This document shows, one piece after another, positions 56,932 to 64,000 of a stretch of DNA of 64,000 nt. Origin of the DNA: a bacterium (GTDB taxonomy: Bacteria; Patescibacteriota; Patescibacteriia; UBA2196); contig DAOOQN010000001.1 of assembly GCA_035388785.1 (NCBI GenBank), positions 23,996-87,995 on the forward strand, written 5' to 3'. Both the position numbers and the translations under genes were made by a program. How positions within the stretch are numbered: position 1 is the stretch's first letter; every line of letters begins with the position of its first letter. A model generated the notes under the pieces. It saw only the letters and a list, made by a program, of their open reading frames with translations, was not told the origin of the DNA and ran no database searches.

Positions 56932-58169
56932 AAAATATAATCCAAACTTTACTAAAAAAAAGTGCATCATTTCTAAAAACCGACACGCGTTATTTAGCAC
57001 ACGGTGGTTTTTGGTTGACTCTTGCTCAAATAATTTCCACTGGCTCAGGTTTTTTACTTTCTGTTGCTTTTGCTAATTTACTACCCCAAGAAACCTATGG
57101 CACTTATAAATATATTTTATCAATTTTAAGTTTACTATCCATCCCAACCTTAAGCGGCATGAACACCGCTATTGTCAGAGCAGCTGCCAGAGGCTATGAT
57201 GGTACTCTGAAACCAGCACTAAACGCTAAAATGCGCTGGGGAACTTTAAGTGCTGTGGGTAGTCTGGCTCTAGCCAGTTATTACTATTTTTTAGGCGCCA
57301 ACAATCAACTCGCAATGGCTTTTTTAGTCGCCGCAGTTTTTTTGCCTTTCATGGATTCTTTTACTCTGTTTGATTCGCATCTACAAGGCAAAAAAAAATT
57401 TGACATCACCACCAAGTATAATACTGTTATAAAAATTGTAGCCACCCTCTCAATGGTAGCTACATTATTTTTCACTTCAAAAATTATATTTATATTGCTT
57501 GCCTACTTAGCACCTTATACAATCATAAGACTTGTTTATCTTAAAATTACATTAAAAAAACATCTCGACAATAATAAAATTGAATCCGGTGCTTTATCTT
57601 ATGGTTTCCACTTAACAGCCATCAGTATTTTAGCCAACATTACCACCCAACTTGACAGCATTTTAATGTGGCACTATTTAAACCCAACTTCCCTAGCAAT
57701 TTATGCCATGGCCTTAGCGCCAATCAACCAGATTAAATCATTATTAAAATCTTTTGTGGTAATTTCTATGCCCAAAATGGCTGAACAAGACAAAGAAATT
57801 ATTAAAAAAAGCTTACCCCTCAAGATAATCAAATCAATTTTAATTTTATCAATTTTTATTATCGCTCTAATTTTTGTTTTACCTTATGTTTATAAAATCT
57901 TTTTCCCCAAATATTTAGAGTCCATAAAATATGCTCAGCTACTGGCTCTAACTTTAATTTTATTTCCCGAAAGACTCTTAAGTATCAGCACCCTAGTACA
58001 TGCTAATAAAAAAATAATTTATTTTACTAACATTCTAAATCCAGCTTTTAAAATATTATTACTTTTCTTACTTTTACCAACCTATGGGATCAGTGGAGCA
58101 ATCGCGGCGATATTAGTTCAACAGATTATTTTTATTTTTGTTGATTATTATTTTTTTAAAAAAATGTAA
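56916..58169 (+). CDS. wzx: Wzx-type oligosaccharide flippase (MOP superfamily polysaccharide biosynthesis protein)
   Basis: 417 aa, about 12 TM helices, typical Wzx length and topology; overlaps both neighbours. Confidence 0.65.
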   Translation: MRQKIKNIIQTLLKKSASFLKTDTRYLAHGGFWLTLAQIISTGSGFLLSVAFANLLPQETYGTYKYILSILSLLSIPTLSGMNTAIVRAAARGYDGTLKPALNAKMRWGTLSAVGSLALASYYYFLGANNQLAMAFLVAAVFLPFMDSFTLFDSHLQGKKKFDITTKYNTVIKIVATLSMVATLFFTSKIIFILLAYLAPYTIIRLVYLKITLKKHLDNNKIESGALSYGFHLTAISILANITTQLDSILMWHYLNPTSLAIYAMALAPINQIKSLLKSFVVISMPKMAEQDKEIIKKSLPLKIIKSILILSIFIIALIFVLPYVYKIFFPKYLESIKYAQLLALTLILFPERLLSISTLVHANKKIIYFTNILNPAFKILLLFLLLPTYGISGAIAAILVQQIIFIFVDYYFFKKM

Positions 58170-59010
58170 TTTTATGTCCGACAAAAAACAAGGTTTAACT
58201 ATAATATCTCTTTCCTATCAACGCACAACTGGACTTGCCACCCTAATGGACGGACTTTTAAAACAAACTTTAAATGGTCTGGAAATGGAATATATAGTTT
58301 GTAATAACTCAAATCAAACCATTTTACGGCCATCTTTTTTTACCAAAATTGGACGAAGAATAAAAAAATTTAATGACATAAAAATTTTAAATTCTAGTCA
58401 CAACTATCGCTGTCAAATCCGTTACCAATTAGCCACTCTGGCAAAACATGAAACCATACTTTTTTTAGATGATGATGTGGTCTTGCTTGATAACAATTTT
58501 ATCTTTGACATGTGGCAAACGTATCAAAATCTATCAGATAATAGTATCCTATCTTGTTGGTGCACCTTATGGACGGCTTGGCAGGAAAACTCTTTGACCA
58601 AAGTTGATATCAACTTCAGACAACAAATAATTAATGAACTAATGCTTTGTGACACAGCCGGACCGGGTATTTCTATGTTTAATAAAACCACAGTTATGCA
58701 TCCACGTATTTTAGATATGACTCCGGAATTTAAAAAATCAGATGATATGGGTTTTTCTTTAATAGCCAATTTGACCAATAAAAGTCAGGTTTACTACTTT
58801 CCTTCATGGCAACGGTTAAAATTTCATGATACAGAAAAAAATAACCACGCCATCTCAAAAGAAAAAAAATACTTTGACAACATCTATGCGGTTTGGAAAT
58901 CTTTATGGCAAGAAGGCTATAAACCAGTACTAGAAAGATTGTCTTTAACGGATAAAAAATTACAGTTATTAGCTAGGGAAAAATTAGTGGGCAAAATAAA
59001 TCCGTGGTAA
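58138..59010 (+). CDS. GT2-like glycosyltransferase
   Basis: 290 aa; LTIISLSYQR...; acidic DDDV motif. Confidence 0.55.
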   Translation: MLIIIFLKKCNFMSDKKQGLTIISLSYQRTTGLATLMDGLLKQTLNGLEMEYIVCNNSNQTILRPSFFTKIGRRIKKFNDIKILNSSHNYRCQIRYQLATLAKHETILFLDDDVVLLDNNFIFDMWQTYQNLSDNSILSCWCTLWTAWQENSLTKVDINFRQQIINELMLCDTAGPGISMFNKTTVMHPRILDMTPEFKKSDDMGFSLIANLTNKSQVYYFPSWQRLKFHDTEKNNHAISKEKKYFDNIYAVWKSLWQEGYKPVLERLSLTDKKLQLLAREKLVGKINPW

Positions 59011-59021
59011 ACTTATAAAAT

Positions 59022-60059
59022 ATGTTTAAAAAAATAAAAACCATAATTAATTTAATAAAATCAGGGAAAAGTGATCTATTTTGGTATAAAATAAAAAAAA
59101 GATTTGGAGTTAAAAAAAATCTAATGCCTTTACCTGAAATTTTAACCTTAGAACCCACCAATATTTGTACCATGAAATGTCCCACTTGCCCAACAGGGGC
59201 TGGTAAACTAAACCGCCCTAAGGGTATGATGAGTTTGGAAAATTATAAAAAAATAATTGACCAAGTAAAAGGATATACAGATAAACTGGTACTTTTTAAT
59301 TATGGTGAACCATTCATGCACCCGAAAATAATAGAAATGATAAAATACGCCAAACAAGCGAGTATTTTTGTTAAAACCAGCACTAATGGTGAATTTTTTA
59401 AAAACGAACAATTTTGTACAGATCTAATAAATAGTGGATTAGATTATTTAATAATATGTTTGGATGGAGCAGATAGTGAAACATTAAAAAAATTTAGAGT
59501 CAACACCGATTTTAAACGTATTATTAAAAGTTTTCATACTATTATTAAGCTAAAAAAAGAACTTCACTCTCTTACTCCACTAGTTGAATTACAATATATT
59601 TTAATGAAACACAATGAACATCAACGAGAAAAAATGAAACAAATCGCGGCTGATTTAGGAGTTGATGTTTACGCCGAAAAGACAGCGGGCATTGATATTA
59701 ATGATCCAAATTTTCAAAAAATGGCAGTGGAGTTATTGCCGACTGAGCCCTCTTTAGCGCGTTATGAAAAATTACCCGATGGCACTTTTAAACTAAAGGG
59801 CGAAATTTCTAATTATTGTCCACAGGTTCTCAGTTCAATAGTGATAAATTGCGACGGTAATGTGGTGCCCTGTTGTTATGATTTATATTCTAATCATATT
59901 ATGGGGAATGTTTTTCAACAGCAAATAAAAGATATTTGGCACGGTAAAAAATATCAAGAATTTCGCCAACAAATTTTCAGGCAAAGAAAAAATATTGCAA
60001 TGTGCAATATTTGTTCAGAAAGAAGTTATAAAATAAATAAAAAAATAAAAATGGAATAA
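59022..60059 (+). CDS. Radical SAM enzyme with a Cys-rich SPASM/twitch-like C-terminal domain
   Basis: 345 aa; CTMKCPTC = CX3CX2C radical SAM motif near the N-terminus; C-terminal cysteines (CPQV...CDGNVVPCCYD...CNIC). Confidence 0.75.
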   Translation: MFKKIKTIINLIKSGKSDLFWYKIKKRFGVKKNLMPLPEILTLEPTNICTMKCPTCPTGAGKLNRPKGMMSLENYKKIIDQVKGYTDKLVLFNYGEPFMHPKIIEMIKYAKQASIFVKTSTNGEFFKNEQFCTDLINSGLDYLIICLDGADSETLKKFRVNTDFKRIIKSFHTIIKLKKELHSLTPLVELQYILMKHNEHQREKMKQIAADLGVDVYAEKTAGIDINDPNFQKMAVELLPTEPSLARYEKLPDGTFKLKGEISNYCPQVLSSIVINCDGNVVPCCYDLYSNHIMGNVFQQQIKDIWHGKKYQEFRQQIFRQRKNIAMCNICSERSYKINKKIKME

Positions 60060-60061
60060 CT

Positions 60062-60973
60062 TTAACTTCTTAATTTAATGACTAAGCGATAAATAAAACC
60101 ACAAGACATCATTGAAAAATAATGCAAGAGATATAATAATCTAAAGTGATATTTTAAAGCTTTTTTAAAGGCTAGTCTGGCATTTTGATAATTTTTATTA
60201 TTTCTATATAAAATCCCCAAAGTAAAAAGGTGGTTAGCCCAAACAGTTGGCCGCTTTTTAAATTCCTCTTCGTGTTTTTTAAGAAGCAATTCACGTCCCA
60301 TAATCCTTTTTGTCAAGTTTCCCCCTATGTGTTGCCTGTCGTTTGTCATATTCACCAAAACCAAAAGCTCATCAATACCCAAACCTTTAAATTTTTTAGT
60401 TATTCTAATCATCAGTTCTGATTCTTGATGACTGGGAAAAGCTTCATCAAACAAACCCACAGCGTCAAAGACATCTTTTTTAATAATCAAAGTCACTGTC
60501 AAAAATTTCTTAAAACTGCTTAAAGCTAAATTATAATAATCTCCCACTCCTTCGGGTACATGATTTCTATCTTGTCCAAAATTGGTAATATTTTTTACTG
60601 CACAAAAACAAAAACCCACTTCCGGTAATGTATTTTCAAACACATCCATTTGTGTCGATAACTTATTTGGCAACCATTCATCATCATCATCCAAAAAGGC
60701 AATGAATTGGCCGAGTGAAGATCTTATGCCAGTGTTGCGAGCAGCTCCACCACCTCGACTTACCTCGTGTTGAATATAAATAATGCGTCTATCACCGATT
60801 TCATTAATAATTTTATCCGCTCTTTTGTCTGTGCCGTCGTCAACTACAATAACTTCAAAATCTTGATAAGATTGGTTTAAAACCGAAACTAAAGCTTTTT
60901 TTAAAAACTCTGGCCGATTGTACGTTGGAATAATGACAGAAACTTTGGGCATATTATTTTTTTTGGTCACCAC
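60062..60973 (-). CDS. Glycosyltransferase family 2
   Basis: 303 aa; VSVIIPTYNRPEFL...VIVVDDGTDK. Confidence 0.8.
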   Translation of the reverse strand: MVTKKNNMPKVSVIIPTYNRPEFLKKALVSVLNQSYQDFEVIVVDDGTDKRADKIINEIGDRRIIYIQHEVSRGGGAARNTGIRSSLGQFIAFLDDDDEWLPNKLSTQMDVFENTLPEVGFCFCAVKNITNFGQDRNHVPEGVGDYYNLALSSFKKFLTVTLIIKKDVFDAVGLFDEAFPSHQESELMIRITKKFKGLGIDELLVLVNMTNDRQHIGGNLTKRIMGRELLLKKHEEEFKKRPTVWANHLFTLGILYRNNKNYQNARLAFKKALKYHFRLLYLLHYFSMMSCGFIYRLVIKLRS

Positions 60974-62189
60974 TCACAATTTCAGTCGTGGTGTTATTTT
61001 TTTGTTGCCAATATTTAAAAACACTCTCTGCAATGACCTTGTATCCCTCAGCTGTTGGATGACCATCAATATCAGCTGGATAAATTTCTTTTTTGTCTTT
61101 TAAACCCACAACCAAATCATCAGCAGGCTCAACACAGTCAATTTGATTTGTTTTACAAAAATCAATTATCTGGTTAACCAGTCTTTCCTCTTTTTTTAAA
61201 TAATCAGCAAGTTGTGTTGAATATTCCATGCCAACATAGTTCATATATCTACCATAAACCAACTCTTTGGTTGGTATTATAACGACAATAAATTTTTTGC
61301 CCTTTGTTTTCAACGCGTTATTCATCTCTAAAAAAAGTTGTTGGGTAATTCTAAAAGCTTCTTCAATTCTTTTGTCGTCCAAATCTATCACTGAGGTTCG
61401 ATAGTATGGACTTAGTGTCGTCTTTGGCTCTTGATTATAAAAAAATAATAAATCCTGATTTTCCTGTGCAAAGCCATCTAATCTTTGCTCTCTTTTTTCT
61501 TTTGTATCAGCTAGGCCAAATTTATCCCGCACGCCAACCGTTATATCACTCAAAAAACTAAAAATAAAACTATTTTGTCTAAGCCACTGCCTAGCCTCCA
61601 TAATTTTAAATTGCAGACTACCCTTCTTGTAAGCATATTTTAAACTGACAAAATTTTCATCAGTGATATTAACGTCAATTGGTTCTTTAAAACTAAAATT
61701 TTTATCCCGTAATTCAATCCAACTTTCACCTTGATAAACCATGTCAAAAACATCAAAAAGATCATTGCCTAAATAAAACCCAACCACGATAGTCTGCGGA
61801 TTAAAATCTAAAGCCTGTTTAAGTAAAAAATTGTATTGAACCGGACCATAACCGGCCAAAGCCACCTGATAAACATCTTTTTCTAAAAGTGTCCCTAAGG
61901 CGTGTGGCCAACTATCTTCTATTTTTTTTGCGTTTAGATAACCATCTGTCTGAGAATCGCCGATAGCAACCACATCAACCTGCCCTGGCACACTATAATT
62001 ACGATAACCATTTTTATCACGACCACTGGCTGGATTACCTACCACTTTTAATTTCTGATCTAAAATGTATTCGTCTTGTTGTGGTTTAATTTTATGTAAA
62101 AACAATTCCACACCCAACAGACAAACAATAAAAACTACAATAAAAATTATAATATTAAAAAATAAATTTTGTTTTTTATTTTCTTCCAT
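60954..62189 (-). CDS. SGNH/GDSL-family hydrolase with N-terminal TM anchor (possible glycan O-acyl esterase/transferase, AlgX/J-like)
   Basis: 411 aa; N-terminal TM; GDS motif VVAIGDSQTDGY. Confidence 0.55.
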   Translation of the reverse strand: MEENKKQNLFFNIIIFIVVFIVCLLGVELFLHKIKPQQDEYILDQKLKVVGNPASGRDKNGYRNYSVPGQVDVVAIGDSQTDGYLNAKKIEDSWPHALGTLLEKDVYQVALAGYGPVQYNFLLKQALDFNPQTIVVGFYLGNDLFDVFDMVYQGESWIELRDKNFSFKEPIDVNITDENFVSLKYAYKKGSLQFKIMEARQWLRQNSFIFSFLSDITVGVRDKFGLADTKEKREQRLDGFAQENQDLLFFYNQEPKTTLSPYYRTSVIDLDDKRIEEAFRITQQLFLEMNNALKTKGKKFIVVIIPTKELVYGRYMNYVGMEYSTQLADYLKKEERLVNQIIDFCKTNQIDCVEPADDLVVGLKDKKEIYPADIDGHPTAEGYKVIAESVFKYWQQKNNTTTEIVSGDQKK

Positions 62190-62200
62190 AAAAATAAAAA

Positions 62201-62398
62201 TTAAAAAAAGGCATAGATAAAAGGTGAAATTGCACTACTTTGACCAATAATAATTAAAACTCCCACCAAAAATAAGGTTATAACTATTGGTGTCAACCAC
62301 CAAGCTTTACGGACTTTAAAAAAATTCCAAATTTCTCCTACTAAAGACCTATTTTTCATGTTTTGTTCAGACATATTCTTTATAGTTAATTTTATCAT
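62201..62398 (-). CDS. Small membrane protein commonly paired with carbamoyltransferases (DUF5989-like)
   Basis: 65 aa, one TM helix (WWLTPIVITLFLVGVLIIIG), immediately downstream of the NodU-family gene. Confidence 0.4.
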   Translation of the reverse strand: MIKLTIKNMSEQNMKNRSLVGEIWNFFKVRKAWWLTPIVITLFLVGVLIIIGQSSAISPFIYAFF

Positions 62399-62404
62399 TA
62401 TTAA

Positions 62405-64000
62405 TTAATCTGTTGCCAACTGTTCGCTGTCCCACATATCTTGTGGATTATCCTCGCGCTTAATCAAATAATTACCCATTACCAAACAATCAATCCCCGT
62501 ACCCATCATACATTTATAGGCCTCAGCTGGTGTGCAGACGATTGGTTCACCACGAATATTAAAAGAAGTGTTTACTAAAATCGGCACACCAGTCAACTCG
62601 CCAAACTTTTTAACTAAGTCATAGTATAGTTCGTTTTGTTCTCGTCTTATCGTCTGCAATCTACCAGAGCCATCAACATGTGTAACAGATGGAATTTTGT
62701 CTTGCCATTCTTTTTTGACAGGATAAACCATTAGCATATAATCAGTCGGCTCTGGCAAGGGTTGGTCACATTCAAAATATTTCATTGCATCATCGGCGCA
62801 CACCACCGGAGCAAATGGTCTAAATTTTTCGCGATGTTTGACTTTGGTGTTTAAAAGTTCTTTGACCAAAGGATTTATGGGGCTTGCTAAAATACTTCGT
62901 GCTCCCAAAGCCCGCGGCCCCCACTCCATACCTTTTTGAAACCAACCAACCACATAATTATTTTTAATCAATTCTGCTGTTTTATTTATCATCTCTTCAC
63001 TATTTTCAAATCTTGAATATTTAATCTGCTCGTTATTTAAAAACAACTCTATGTCTTGATTCGAAAATTCTGGTCCCAAATAAATATTACCTGTCTGTTT
63101 TGTCCTTGGATTATTTAAAAGAGTATGATAAATATACAAAGCCACTCCAATACTGGCACCACCATCTGAAGCGTTGGGTTGAATCCAAATTGATTTAAAA
63201 TTAGTATTTTTTAAAATTTTACCATTGCAAACACTGTTCAAAGCCGCGCCACCTGCCAAAACAACTTTATCATTTTTGCTGACCTTTTGCACGTGGTTTA
63301 AAATTTTTATTATAATATCCTCTGTAATCAACTGAACAGCAGCAGCGATATCCTGCTGTCTTTCGGTTATTTCTTCTTTTTCTGACTTCCTTACTGGCCC
63401 ACCCAATAAATCACATAATTTTTTTGCCGGCATTCGGCTTGACCAATGAAATTTAAAATAACTCATGTCAAAACGAAAACTCCCATCCTCTTTAATATCA
63501 ACAACCTGTTTTAATTTTTTATAATACACGTTTTGCTCGCGATCCATTTTTCCATAGGAACTTAAACCCATTAATTTGTATTCAGAATTATTAACACTGA
63601 AACCTAAATAGGCTGTGATAGTCGAATACAAAAGCCCAATTGAACTGGGAAATTTTATTTCTTTTTCTAAGTTAATATTATTCCCAATTCCAACTCCATA
63701 AGCAGTTGTCGTCCATTCACCCACTCCGTCAACTGTAATTATAGCCGAATCTTCAAAAGGACTGGTTAAAAAACTACTTGCTGCGTGTGCTAGATGATGT
63801 TCTATAAAAAGAACTCCCCCGTTCCAGCCAATTTTTTTCTTTAAAGTTTTTGGTAATCTAAGTTTTTCATTAATCCACGACGGCATAGAACTCAAAAAAG
63901 TTTTAAAAGACCAAGGAAACATTTCTAAGTGTTGCGACAATACTCTCTCAAATTTTAAAAATGGCTTTTCATAAAAACCCACAAAAGCCACGTCATTAAT
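62405..64000 (-). CDS. Carbamoyltransferase, NodU/CmcH family (N-terminus beyond window end)
   Basis: At least 528 aa; HHLAHAASSF motif and the overall NodU/CmcH layout. The reading frame stays open to position 64000. Confidence 0.75.
   Translation of the reverse strand: MNDVAFVGFYEKPFLKFERVLSQHLEMFPWSFKTFLSSMPSWINEKLRLPKTLKKKIGWNGGVLFIEHHLAHAASSFLTSPFEDSAIITVDGVGEWTTTAYGVGIGNNINLEKEIKFPSSIGLLYSTITAYLGFSVNNSEYKLMGLSSYGKMDREQNVYYKKLKQVVDIKEDGSFRFDMSYFKFHWSSRMPAKKLCDLLGGPVRKSEKEEITERQQDIAAAVQLITEDIIIKILNHVQKVSKNDKVVLAGGAALNSVCNGKILKNTNFKSIWIQPNASDGGASIGVALYIYHTLLNNPRTKQTGNIYLGPEFSNQDIELFLNNEQIKYSRFENSEEMINKTAELIKNNYVVGWFQKGMEWGPRALGARSILASPINPLVKELLNTKVKHREKFRPFAPVVCADDAMKYFECDQPLPEPTDYMLMVYPVKKEWQDKIPSVTHVDGSGRLQTIRREQNELYYDLVKKFGELTGVPILVNTSFNIRGEPIVCTPAEAYKCMMGTGIDCLVMGNYLIKREDNPQDMWDSEQLATD

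Noticed and set aside
1-64000. Searched for transposases, integrases, phage genes, toxin-antitoxin pairs, restriction-modification or other defence systems
   Set aside because: No ORF shows DDE/HUH transposase, tyrosine/serine recombinase, Cas, nuclease-helicase or methyltransferase-endonuclease pairings. The only methyltransferase (53331-54104) sits in a translationally coupled glycan operon.

Overview
The window is AT-rich (about 30% GC), densely coding and mostly minus-strand, with short often-overlapping genes typical of a reduced genome; the gene set suggests a Candidate Phyla Radiation / Patescibacteria-like bacterium (inference only). Reading left to right:

- 1-2.2 kb: the proximal part of a dcw cell-division cluster (partial ftsI, ftsL-like, rsmH, mraZ).
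- 2.3-3.7 kb: a PAP2 phosphatase and Fpg/MutM.
- 3.7-9.5 kb: lower glycolysis with two tandem 2,3-bisphosphoglycerate-independent phosphoglycerate mutase paralogs, enolase and phosphoglycerate kinase.
- 9.5-12.5 kb: a two-gene [FeFe]-hydrogenase operon (HydA with a complete H-cluster, plus a compact NuoF-like subunit with a degenerate FMN loop).
- 12.6-14.8 kb: an orphan membrane histidine kinase.
- 14.9-15.9 kb: a single roughly 50% GC gene with its own GC-rich terminator, a probable horizontal acquisition.
- 15.9-18.7 kb: an Fe-S assembly cluster (IscS, Nfu, IscU) interrupted by two unknowns.
- 18.9-24.6 kb: rpmA, pyrG (apparent homopolymer frameshift at its start), rplI, an S41 C-terminal protease, a PEGA-domain protein and a HIT protein.
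- 24.8-64 kb: a very large cell-envelope glycan locus. It holds two WbaP-type polyprenyl-phosphate sugar transferases, a Wzx flippase, a Wzy/O-antigen-ligase-like protein with TPR repeats, about ten GT2/GT4 glycosyltransferases, at least five polytopic GT-C/PMT-like membrane proteins paired with Dpm1/GtrB-like GT2s, SDR epimerases, a UDP-xylose-synthase-like decarboxylase, a fused GATase-II/N-acetyl-sugar amidotransferase, a methyltransferase, a radical SAM/SPASM enzyme, an SGNH hydrolase and a NodU-type carbamoyltransferase with a tiny membrane partner. A secreted S8 protease with FG-GAP repeats sits inside it.

An RNase P RNA gene (minus strand, about 31893-32257) with a consensus promoter lies inside the glycan locus. 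At about 34.3-34.46 kb there is a GC-rich, highly structured plus-strand element behind a near-consensus sigma70 promoter that I cannot assign to any known RNA family.

No CRISPR array, transposase, integrase or recognisable defence system was found.
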